In this document: piece after piece, positions 18,129-25,795 of the stretch
Position numbering within the stretch: the stretch's first letter is position 1
Layout of the letters: each line of letters begins with the position of its first letter
Source of the DNA: Gemmatimonadota bacterium
GTDB lineage: Bacteria; Gemmatimonadota; Gemmatimonadetes; Longimicrobiales; Longimicrobiaceae
Direction of reading: 5' to 3'
DNA: 38,772 bases
NCBI GenBank assembly: GCA_019348265.1
Contig: JAHWJV010000001.1
Span: 1 to 38,772, forward strand
Translations under genes and position numbers: made by a program
Notes under the pieces: model-generated
Told to the model about the DNA's origin: nothing
The model's database searches: none
The model's input: only the letters and a program-made list of their open reading frames with translations

Positions 18129-20089
18129 CGACCGCTGCCCACCAGCAGCACGGTGTCGCCTTCGACGCGCTGCACGCCAGCGACCGGATCGCTCCGCTGC
18201 ACGCTTCCGCCGCCCTGGAGCCGCACGCGCAGCCCGGCGGCGTGCACGCGTCGCGTCGCGTCCCGTATCGAAAGGCCGGCGAGCTCGGGCACCGCCACGG
18301 AGCGCCGGCGTGCCGCGGCGCGAACGGCAGGGGCGGAGTCATCCATCAGGAAGACGTAAGTCCCCTCGGGATCGCTCCGCGGCGTGGCGGCGGCGGCTTT
18401 ACGCGGTGAGCCGGGAAGCTGCGCGGGAAGCCGCGTCGCGAGCAGGCTGCGCCCATCCAGGGCTGAAGTATGAGCCGCCAGAATGCCCTGCAGCGTCTCG
18501 CGGGTGACGGGAGCCGCGGTGAGCCCGCCGTAGTACTCGCCCCGCGGCTGGTCGATCTTCACGAAGATGACGAGCTGCGGATCGTCTGCCGGGAAGTAGC
18601 CGGCGAAGCTGGACGTATAGCTCCCCGCCTCGTAGCGCCCGCCAGCCCCGGTCCGTCGCGCGGTACCGGTCTTCCCCGCCACGCGGAACGTCTGCAGCGA
18701 CGCGTGGGTGGCGGTGCCGTCCTCGACCACGGAGACCAGCATCTCGGTGATGCGGTCGGCGGTCTCCTGGGGGACCACACGGCGCAGCGCCCGCGGCTCG
18801 ACGGACTGCAGCACGCGGCCTTCATTGCGGACCTCGCGCAGCAGGTGCGGCTGCATCAGCACGCCCCCGTTGGCAAGCGCCCCGTAGGCGGCGGCGATCT
18901 GCAGTGGGGTGACCGACAGCTCGTAGCCCATCGCGAGGCTCCCCGAGCTGAGCCGCGACCAGTCCGCGGGCCGGCGCAGCCTGCCGTTCGCTTCCGCCGG
19001 GAACTCCACGCCCGTCGGGGTCCCGAAGCCGAAGTCCCGCAGGTACTCGTATTCTTCGCCCGGGCGCAGGCGAGAGGTGAACTTCACGATGCCGATGTTG
19101 CTGGACTCGCGAATCACGTCGGCGAGCGACATCCAGCCAGCCGCGTGAGAATCGGTGATGGTGCGCTCCGCCGTCTGCCAGCGCCCGTTCTCACCGAACA
19201 CGGAATCGCGCGGGGTGACGCGGCCACGGGCCAGCAGCGACGCGGCGAGGAAGGGCTTCAGCGTGGACCCCGGCTCGTACGGCTCGGTGATCGCGGCGAG
19301 ACCCTCGCCGCCCGAGCGGCGGGAGACAGCCGCGAGCACCTCGCCGGTGCGCGGGTCGAGGAGCACGAGGTCGCCGCCGGAAGCGCCGGTGGTACGCACG
19401 GCGCTGCGCAGTGCGGCGTCGGCGATCTCCTGCAGGTCGAGGTCGATGGTGAGGTAGACGTCAGCGCCGTCGCGTGGCGGCACGACGGGGAGGGAGATGG
19501 CGCGCTTTGCGCGGCCCCTGGCGTCCCTCCGGAGGATGGAATAACCCGGCTGGCCGCGGAGGCTCGCATCGAACTGCTGCTCGATTCCACCGAGCGCGCG
19601 CCCGTCGCGGCTGACCACGCCGATGATCTCTCGGGCGACCTGACCCTGCGGGTAGAACCGTTCCAGCTCCCGCTCGAAGTAGACGCCGCGCTGCTCGCCC
19701 AGCTGCTCGCGCTGCTGGACCGTGTAGCGCCCCGCGAGCACGACCCACCCGCGGCGCGTGCTGGTGGCGCGGTCCGCCTGAGAACGGGACAGGCCGAGCG
19801 CCTCCCGAAGGCGAGACGCGGTGGCCTTGCGGTCGCGCAGCTCGCGGGGCGCGACGGAGACGCGGAAGCTCTCATGGCTCAGCGCCAGGGGCACGCTGTC
19901 CCGGTCGTAGATCGTGCCCCTGCGGGCCGGCAGCGGATCGCGCTCGCGCTGCTGCTCAGCCGCGCGCTCCGCCCAGCGGTCGCCCTCCAGCGCCTGCAGC
20001 TGGAAGGCGCGGCCCAGAACCGCGAGCCCCGCGAGCGCGAAGCCACCCAGGAGGAGCACCCGCCGGATTCGGAGCTGACGCTCTCGCAC
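18125..20089 (-). CDS. ftsI: Penicillin-binding protein 3 / FtsI transpeptidase with a C-terminal PASTA domain
   Basis: N-terminal TM segment VLLLGGFALAGLAVLG seen. Transpeptidase motifs STLK, SSN and KTGTA are present. The C-terminal 57 aa are PASTA-like. Start is GTG. Confidence 0.93.
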   Translation of the reverse strand: MRERQLRIRRVLLLGGFALAGLAVLGRAFQLQALEGDRWAERAAEQQRERDPLPARRGTIYDRDSVPLALSHESFRVSVAPRELRDRKATASRLREALGLSRSQADRATSTRRGWVVLAGRYTVQQREQLGEQRGVYFERELERFYPQGQVAREIIGVVSRDGRALGGIEQQFDASLRGQPGYSILRRDARGRAKRAISLPVVPPRDGADVYLTIDLDLQEIADAALRSAVRTTGASGGDLVLLDPRTGEVLAAVSRRSGGEGLAAITEPYEPGSTLKPFLAASLLARGRVTPRDSVFGENGRWQTAERTITDSHAAGWMSLADVIRESSNIGIVKFTSRLRPGEEYEYLRDFGFGTPTGVEFPAEANGRLRRPADWSRLSSGSLAMGYELSVTPLQIAAAYGALANGGVLMQPHLLREVRNEGRVLQSVEPRALRRVVPQETADRITEMLVSVVEDGTATHASLQTFRVAGKTGTARRTGAGGRYEAGSYTSSFAGYFPADDPQLVIFVKIDQPRGEYYGGLTAAPVTRETLQGILAAHTSALDGRSLLATRLPAQLPGSPRKAAAATPRSDPEGTYVFLMDDSAPAVRAAARRRSVAVPELAGLSIRDATRRVHAAGLRVRLQGGGSVQRSDPVAGVQRVEGDTVLLVGSGR

Positions 20090-20454
20090 CGCCGCTGAAT
20101 CGGGCTTGTCGGCTCGGCTCCCCGGATCACGCGCGTGCTGTCGGCCGGCGCGACGGCGCCCACCGGGAGGAAGACGATCTCGCTATCCTGCGGGAGGTGC
20201 ATTCCGAGACGGTCGCGAGCCACCTGCACGATCCGCGAGCGGCTGCGAAGTCGCTCGATTCGGCGCGTCAGCTCGACTCGTTCCGCCTCCCGCATGGCGC
20301 GCGCGGTCTCCAGCTCCCGGACCTCCCGCTCCAGCGCGAGGCCCCGCGTCTGTCGCCAGGTCACCAGCGAGAGGGCCACCAACAGGAGCACGAGCCAGCC
20401 GAGCGCGCCCACCCAGCCGGGGCGCCCGCGACCGCTACGCCTCCTCGCGCTCAA
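19879..20454 (-). CDS. ftsL: Cell division protein FtsL-like, with an unusual 70-codon tail overlapping ftsI
   Basis: TM segment ALGWLVLLLVALSLV, then a coiled coil LEREVRELETARAMREAERVELTRRIERL, then the FtsL-type motif IVQVARDRLGMHLP. The TTG start overlaps the rsmH stop (TTGA). No in-frame stop occurs until 19879, so the 3' end is uncertain. Confidence 0.7.
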   Translation of the reverse strand: MSARRRSGRGRPGWVGALGWLVLLLVALSLVTWRQTRGLALEREVRELETARAMREAERVELTRRIERLRSRSRIVQVARDRLGMHLPQDSEIVFLPVGAVAPADSTRVIRGAEPTSPIQRRCESVSSESGGCSSWVASRSRGSRFWAAPSSCRRWRATAGRSARLSSSASAIRCRPAGARSTTGTACPWR

Positions 20455-21386
20455 GCCCGCCTCCAGGCACGGAGGCGGGCGCTGCGTGCCCTGGGGTTGC
20501 GCGCCACTTCAGCATCGCTCGGATAGAGAGGCTTGCGCGTGAGCGTCTCACCGAGAGGCTCCCCCCGGCAGCTACACACCGGGAACCCCGGCGGGCACAC
20601 GCAGCTCTGGCTCCAGCTCCGGAAAGAGTCCTTCACGACGCGGTCTTCTAGCGAGTGGTAAGAGAGTACGACGAGGACGCCGCCGGACCGGAGCGCTTCC
20701 CGCAGGCGCGGGAGCGCCGCTTCGATTCCTTCGATCTCCCGGTTGACCGCGATGCGAAGCGCCTGGAAGATCCTGGCTCGGTCTTGCGCCGTCGGGCGGG
20801 TCAGCGCCGCTTCGATCAGGGCGACGAGATCGTCACTCGTCTTCAACGGCGTCTCGGCGCGCCGCTCGACGATCAGCCGCGCGAGCCGTCGGGACCGGCG
20901 CTCCTCGCCGAAGCGGTAGAAGATGGTGGCGAGCTCCTCTTCTCCCAGCGTGTTCAACAGCTCCGCGGCGGTCGCTTCCGCCACGGAGTCCTGGCCCATG
21001 CGCATGTCCAGAGGAGCGCCCGCGCGGAAGGTGAACCCCCGCGCCACTTCATCCACCTGGTGAGAGCTGATCCCGAGGTCCAGCAGAGCTCCGTCGAGCA
21101 TTTCGGGACCGATGCCCGCGGCGGCGGTCGCGTCCGAATAGTTCGCGCGGACGAGCCGCACTCGATCGCCGAAGACGGCCAGTCGTTCTCCCGCCTCCCG
21201 CAGAGCGTCGGGGTCGCGATCCACCGCGATGAGCCGCGCACGCGGCTCGCGCTGCAGGAGCGCCTCCGCATGTCCGCCGCCGCCGAGCGTCCCGTCCAGG
21301 TAGAGGCCTTCGGGCCTGGGGTCGAGCAGATCCAGGACCTCTCCGATCATCACCGGCGCGTGATAGGCGGAGTCGTGTTCCATCAT
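20451..21386 (-). CDS. rsmH: 16S rRNA (cytosine1402-N4)-methyltransferase RsmH/MraW
   Basis: SAM-binding GTLGGGGHAEALL and DLGISSHQVD seen. Start set at ATG 21386 (MMEHDSAYHAPVM), 4 nt after the mraZ stop. Confidence 0.93.
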   Translation of the reverse strand: MMEHDSAYHAPVMIGEVLDLLDPRPEGLYLDGTLGGGGHAEALLQREPRARLIAVDRDPDALREAGERLAVFGDRVRLVRANYSDATAAAGIGPEMLDGALLDLGISSHQVDEVARGFTFRAGAPLDMRMGQDSVAEATAAELLNTLGEEELATIFYRFGEERRSRRLARLIVERRAETPLKTSDDLVALIEAALTRPTAQDRARIFQALRIAVNREIEGIEAALPRLREALRSGGVLVVLSYHSLEDRVVKDSFRSWSQSCVCPPGFPVCSCRGEPLGETLTRKPLYPSDAEVARNPRARSARLRAWRRA

Positions 21387-21390
21387 CCGG

Positions 21391-21822
21391 TCAGCCGAAG
21401 ACCTGGCTGTTGAAGCGGTCGAAGTCGGCATCGCGCTGGGCGACCACCGCGTCGAAGCGCTCCGGGTTCCAGATCTCCACGCGATCGATCACGCCCACCA
21501 GCAGCGCCGCGTCGGCGATGCCTACCGCCTGCAGGAGCCGGTGCGGAATCAGGATGCGGCCCTGCTTGTCGAGGGCGACCTCGACCGCGTTCGCCGTGAT
21601 GGACAGGACGAACCCGCGGGAGGTGGGCTGGAGCCGCAACAACTCGCGTAGCCGCCCCTCCACCTCTCCCCACGTTTCCTGCGGATAGAGGGTAAGCGCG
21701 TTCGGATGTACCTGAACGAGCACCAACGGCCGATCCGCCGCGTCACGTCGGAAGCTGGCGGGGAGGCTGACTCGTCCTTTGTCGTCGATTTGGTGCCGGA
21801 AGCTTCCGAGGAGTCCGCTCAT
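21391..21822 (-). CDS. mraZ: Transcriptional regulator MraZ
   Basis: Duplicated SpoVT/AbrB-like halves with DDKGRVSLPASFR and DKQGRILIPHRL. The product is 143 aa from ATG 21822 (MSGLLGSFRHQ). Confidence 0.94.
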   Translation of the reverse strand: MSGLLGSFRHQIDDKGRVSLPASFRRDAADRPLVLVQVHPNALTLYPQETWGEVEGRLRELLRLQPTSRGFVLSITANAVEVALDKQGRILIPHRLLQAVGIADAALLVGVIDRVEIWNPERFDAVVAQRDADFDRFNSQVFG

Positions 21823-21850
21823 CCACCGCAGTGACGGGGGTGCCGCCGCG

Positions 21851-21876
21851 TCCCACTCTCCACCACTTTTCCCCAC
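21851..21876 (-). promoter_or_regulatory. Candidate MraZ operator: three direct GTGG(G/T)N boxes at 10-bp spacing
   Basis: Minus strand reads GTGGGG-AAAA-GTGGTG-GAGA-GTGGGA. Box starts are exactly 10 bp apart. The boxes lie between the candidate -10 and the mraZ ATG. Confidence 0.55.
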
Positions 21877-21884
21877 AGGGCACA

Positions 21885-21912
21885 AAACTACCGCGAAGGC
21901 GGTCGAAGTCAA
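21885..21912 (-). promoter_or_regulatory. Candidate sigma-70-type promoter of the dcw operon (Pmra)
   Basis: Minus strand reads TTGACT (21912-21907), a 16-nt spacer, then TAGTTT (21890-21885). This sits about 65 nt upstream of the mraZ ATG and directly upstream of the GTGG boxes. Confidence 0.45.
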
Positions 21913-21937
21913 GGCCCGCGAATGGTGGGTAGCAGAA

Positions 21938-21964
21938 GGCCCATCCGGCAGAGCCGGATGGGCC
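21938..21964 (-). terminator. Perfect 12-bp GC-rich hairpin downstream of the 64-aa ORF (likely terminator)
   Basis: GGCCCATCCGGC-AGA-GCCGGATGGGCC. On the minus strand it is followed by TTCTGCT, a weak U-tract. It separates the small ORF from the candidate dcw promoter. Confidence 0.5.
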
Positions 21965-22097
21965 AGAGCGCGTTCGTCGGGCGGCGAGGTCAATCGGTCG
22001 GCCATGCGCTCAGCGAGGCCGGAACAGAACTCGGAGAAGCGGCGCGAAGCCGCGGCAGCCCCCGTAATTCAGATGAAGAGCAGCCTTCGTGACCGGC

Positions 22098-22292
22098 TTA
22101 GAGGCCGAGGAGGAACGCCGACTTCATCTTGCGAAGCTCGTCAGGGGTGAGGTCGGCCAGGGGCTTGGCATAGAGCTCGGCGATTTCGGACTTTACCGCC
22201 TTGGCGGTGAATCGTGCGGCCACGTCGGGCCGGAGTTTCCGCTTGGGCCGCTCGACGGCGGCGACTGCCTGCAACTGCTGCTGCGTGCTCAT
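22098..22292 (-). CDS. Small hypothetical protein (64 aa)
   Basis: ATG...TAA ORF with strongly G/C-biased third positions. Its Lys/Glu/Ala-rich composition (MSTQQQLQAVAAVERPKRKLRPDVAARFTAKAVKSEIAELYAKPLADLTPDELRKMKSAFLLGL) is unlike the Arg/Pro/Gly-rich off-frame ORFs. I recognised no family. Confidence 0.55.
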   Translation of the reverse strand: MSTQQQLQAVAAVERPKRKLRPDVAARFTAKAVKSEIAELYAKPLADLTPDELRKMKSAFLLGL

Positions 22293-22450
22293 TCGCTTTG
22301 TAATCGAAAAGGTTCTCCTCGCGATGCGCGGAGTGCCCGAAACACTGTTCGGGCGGTCGTGTCGCTATGCAGGGAGTGGGCCATCCCGTTTGGCAGGAAG
22401 ACGGGAGGTCGAGGGTGTGCGAGCGTGTCTATTCGGCCGTTGTGACGGGA

Positions 22451-23536
22451 TCAGTCGCCGAGGCAGATGCCGAGCGAGCGAGCGGCGCAGATGGACTCAC
22501 CGTCCATGGGAACGCGCTTGACCGCGCTGACCGCCTCCACGAGAGGTACCGCCCTGATCGTCTGCCCCTGGAGGGCGACCATGGTTCCGAAGATCATCTG
22601 ATCGATGAAGCGCACGGCGGCGGTACCGAACTGCAGCGCGAGGACTCGATCCGAGGAGATGGGCGAGCCGCCGCGCTGGATGTGGCCGAGCACCAGCGTA
22701 CGTGTCTCCTTGCCGGTGAGGTCCTCGATCTGGTTCGCGAGCCGCTCGGCGATGCCGCCGTAGCGCCCGCTCCGATCAGCATAGCTCGGCTCTCCATCGC
22801 GCGGGCGAGCGCCCTCGGCGACGACGACGATGCTGAAGCGCCGGCCGGCCTCCTCGCGCTCGCGGATCTTGTCCGCCACTCCCTCGAGGGAGTAGGGGAT
22901 CTCCGGGATGAGGATGACGTCTGCGCCGCCAGCGAGGCCGGACTCGAGCGCGATCCAGCCGGTGTGGCGGCCCATCACCTCGACCACCATGACACGCTGG
23001 TGCGCTTCGGCCGTCGAATGCAGTCGGCCGATGGCATCCGTCGCGACCTCGACGGCGGTCCGGAAGCCGAAGGTCAGGTCCGTCGCCCGAAGGTCGTTGT
23101 CGATGGTCTTGGGAACGCCGATGACCGGCATCCCCTTCTGATGGAGGATATGGGCGACCTTGAGTGAGCCGTCCCCGCCGATCGCGAGGAGTGCGTCGAC
23201 GTCTAGGGCACGCAGCCGACTAATCAGCTCGTCGGACAGATCGCGCCCGCCCCAGCTTCCGTCGGGCTGACGGGGCTGCATACCGAAGGGGTTCCCTCGG
23301 GTCGTCGTGCCCAGAATTGTGCCGCCCAGGTGAGTGATCCCGCGGACGCCGTGCTCCGTGAGGTTGAAGACGCCCGGCTCCCCATCCACTTCGCCCTCCA
23401 GCAGCCCGGTATACCCGCGGCGGATCCCGAGCACCTCCCAGCCGTTGCGTACGGCGGCGACCGTCGCCGCGCGGATCACGGCGTTGAGACCGGGCGCGTC
23501 CCCACCGCCTGTATTGATGGCAATTCTGCGAATCAT
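22451..23536 (-). CDS. pfk: 6-phosphofructokinase (ATP- or PPi-dependent; phosphoryl donor ambiguous)
   Basis: Motifs seen: INTGGGDAPGLNAVIR, AIGGDGSLKVA, GVPKTIDNDL, MGRHTGWIAL. Confidence 0.92.
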   Translation of the reverse strand: MIRRIAINTGGGDAPGLNAVIRAATVAAVRNGWEVLGIRRGYTGLLEGEVDGEPGVFNLTEHGVRGITHLGGTILGTTTRGNPFGMQPRQPDGSWGGRDLSDELISRLRALDVDALLAIGGDGSLKVAHILHQKGMPVIGVPKTIDNDLRATDLTFGFRTAVEVATDAIGRLHSTAEAHQRVMVVEVMGRHTGWIALESGLAGGADVILIPEIPYSLEGVADKIREREEAGRRFSIVVVAEGARPRDGEPSYADRSGRYGGIAERLANQIEDLTGKETRTLVLGHIQRGGSPISSDRVLALQFGTAAVRFIDQMIFGTMVALQGQTIRAVPLVEAVSAVKRVPMDGESICAARSLGICLGD

Positions 23537-23697
23537 GACACCTATTTGAGTGGAGCACGGTTTACAGCGCGGCCAAGATACGGCGGAGCCGGGCGATCCG
23601 ACAAGCGCGGGGCCCTAACCTTGCCTGAGCTGAGCGAGGTCCGGCGCGGAGCCGGCGACCGCGATCGTGCGCCCCCGTAAAGAGCCGAACCATCGCC

Positions 23698-25116
23698 ATG
23701 ACACGTCGGACGAAGATCGTGTGCACGCTGGGACCGGCATCCTGGGAGCCGGCCGTGATCGAGTCGCTGATCGAGGCGGGGATGGACGTGGCGCGGGTGA
23801 ACTTCAGCCACGGCACGCTGGAGCAGCACGCAGCCACGATTCGCAGCGTCCGCGGGGCCTCGGATCGGCTCGGACGGCCGGTGGCGGTGCTCGCGGATCT
23901 GCAGGGCCCGAAGATCCGGGTGGGCGAGCTCCCGGAGCCGCTGGAGCTCTCGTTCGACGATGTGATCGTGTTCGCTCCCGAGGGCGAGAACCGCGGGTCG
24001 GAGCTGCCGACGACCTATCCGGAGCTCGCCTCGGAGCTCGCCCCCGGCGACTCGGTGCTGCTGGCGGACGGGCTGCTGGAGCTCGTGGTGGTAGAGGTAA
24101 TGCCCCCGCGGGTTACGATGCGCGTGATCAACGGCGGCCCGCTCAGCTCCCACAAAGGGATCAACCTGCCGGGTGTGAACTTCAGCACTCCTTCGTTGAC
24201 GGAGAAGGACCTGGTCGACCTGGAGTTCGCGCTCGCGCACGACGTGGATTACGTCGCGCTGTCCTTCGTGCGCGAAGCGGCCGACGTGGTGGATCTGCAG
24301 AGCCGGATACCGGCTGGTGGGCCGCTCGTGGTGGTCAAGCTCGAGAAGGGGGTCGCTCTGGACAACCTGGATGAGATCCTGGAGGTCTCCGCCTCCGCGA
24401 TGGTGGCGCGCGGGGATCTCGGGGTCGAGCTCCCCTTCGAGAAGGTGCCGCTCGCCCAGAAGCGAATCATCCAGCTCGCCAACCAGGCGAGTCGTCCCGT
24501 GATCACGGCGACGCAGATGCTGGAGAGCATGATCACCGCCCCGGTGCCGACGCGCGCGGAAGTTTCGGACGTCGCCACCGCGGTGTTCGAGGGGGCCGAC
24601 GCCGTGATGCTTTCGGCGGAGTCCGCCGCCGGCGAATATCCGGTGGAGGCGGTGAAGAGCATGGTGCGGATCGCGGCCGAGATCGAACAATCGCACGTGC
24701 TGGACGCGGGGCCGCGCTACGACCTGCCGGCTGCGCGGCGCGTGCCCGGCGCCAGCTCAGTCGAGCGGGCGATCGCCGGCGCAACCGTAGAAGCGGTGCG
24801 TCGCCTCGCGGCGCCCGTGATCGTCACCTTCACCCGAACGGGATTCACCGCGCGCCAGGTCGCTTCGCTGCGCCCGCCGGTGCCGATCGTCGCGATCACC
24901 CCTTCGCCCCGGACGTACCGGCAGCTCGCGCTCGTCTGGGGCGTGGTTCCGGTACTCACGAAGGAGCACCTCTCATACGAGGAAATGCTGGAGGTCGGTC
25001 GGCGCGCAGTGCTCGATCGCGCGCTCGCCACGCCCGGCGAATGCATCGTGCTCACGGCCGGAATGCGGATCAACGAGGCGGGCGGCACCAACCTGCTCGT
25101 GGTCGAGACGCTCTGA
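23698..25116 (+). CDS. pyk: Pyruvate kinase
   Basis: Motifs seen: RRTKIVCTLGPAS, VNFSHG, MVARGDLGVELP, and the C-terminal regulatory domain. Confidence 0.96.
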   Translation: MTRRTKIVCTLGPASWEPAVIESLIEAGMDVARVNFSHGTLEQHAATIRSVRGASDRLGRPVAVLADLQGPKIRVGELPEPLELSFDDVIVFAPEGENRGSELPTTYPELASELAPGDSVLLADGLLELVVVEVMPPRVTMRVINGGPLSSHKGINLPGVNFSTPSLTEKDLVDLEFALAHDVDYVALSFVREAADVVDLQSRIPAGGPLVVVKLEKGVALDNLDEILEVSASAMVARGDLGVELPFEKVPLAQKRIIQLANQASRPVITATQMLESMITAPVPTRAEVSDVATAVFEGADAVMLSAESAAGEYPVEAVKSMVRIAAEIEQSHVLDAGPRYDLPAARRVPGASSVERAIAGATVEAVRRLAAPVIVTFTRTGFTARQVASLRPPVPIVAITPSPRTYRQLALVWGVVPVLTKEHLSYEEMLEVGRRAVLDRALATPGECIVLTAGMRINEAGGTNLLVVETL

Positions 25117-25246
25117 GCCGAGCGTCAGCGTGCGGGGTCGCGCGGCTTGCCAGCGTGCTCGCGCCGTGCAAGATTATTGCGTACGCGGGGCTCCCCGACG
25201 CACGTCTCCCGCTCAGTCAGTCGTTCTCTCCGGACGACGAGGTACC

Positions 25247-25726
25247 ATGAACACTCTCCGCTTTTCAGCACGTGGCGCCCTGTTCAGCGCGGCTCTCCCG
25301 CTCCTGGCAGGCTGCTACTCTTCCGGCAGCTCCGGCATGTCGGCTGGGCCAGGCGGCCTTTCGGGGACACGCATCAGCGCTAACGGCGCCTGCGTCACGG
25401 CGAACACGCTCTCGCAGGTAGATTACCGCGCCGAACGCACGTCGCACGTGGAAGAGCTTCTTTCGCGGATCCCAGGAGTGGCGGTGACCAAGACGGCGAG
25501 CGGCTTCTCCGTGCAGATCCGCGGCACGAACACGCTGACGGGCGGAGGGGAGCCACTGTACCTGATCGACGGTATGCCGGCGGTCGGGAACCGGTCGGGA
25601 TCGATCCCGGTGAACCCCATGGACATCGAATGCGTGGAGGTCCTCAAGGACGTCGGGCACACCAGCATGTTCGGATCGCGTGGCGCCAACGGCGTGATCC
25701 TCATCACCACCCGTCGCGGCTGGTAG
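25247..25726 (+). CDS. Stand-alone TonB-dependent-receptor plug-domain lipoprotein (159 aa, no beta-barrel)
   Basis: Signal peptide with lipobox LLAGC. The mature part aligns by eye to the plug of the SusC-like protein in this window: IRGTN / EPLYLIDGMP / NPMDIECVEVLKDV / FGSRGANGVILITTRRG. The stop comes directly after the plug half. Confidence 0.8.
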   Translation: MNTLRFSARGALFSAALPLLAGCYSSGSSGMSAGPGGLSGTRISANGACVTANTLSQVDYRAERTSHVEELLSRIPGVAVTKTASGFSVQIRGTNTLTGGGEPLYLIDGMPAVGNRSGSIPVNPMDIECVEVLKDVGHTSMFGSRGANGVILITTRRGW

Positions 25727-25756
25727 CGCTCATCTCCGCGCCGCTACACGGACAGC

Positions 25757-25795
25757 GGCGCCCCTCCCGTTTCACGGGACCGGCGCCTCTTTTCC
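25757..25795 (+). terminator. Candidate intrinsic terminator after the plug lipoprotein gene
   Basis: GGCGCC (25757-62) pairs with GGCGCC (25782-87) and TCCCG (25765-69) with CGGGA (25775-79). The stem is followed by TCTTTTCC. Another 8-bp hairpin, GCGCCGCT/AGCGGCGC, lies at 25738-25761. Confidence 0.55.

Noticed and set aside
18470-20098. 542-aa plus-strand ORF
   Set aside because: It is antisense to ftsI, whose SxxK/SxN/KTG motifs are clear. It shows GC-rich off-frame composition.
23542-24696. 384-aa ORF antisense to pyruvate kinase
   Set aside because: It overlaps the unmistakable pyk gene. Its composition is dominated by Arg/His/Leu/Gly and no family motifs are present.
25160-25195. TTGCCA ... 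GATTAT as a promoter for the plug lipoprotein gene
   Set aside because: Spacing and the -10 match are marginal, and it is not distinguishable from chance by eye.
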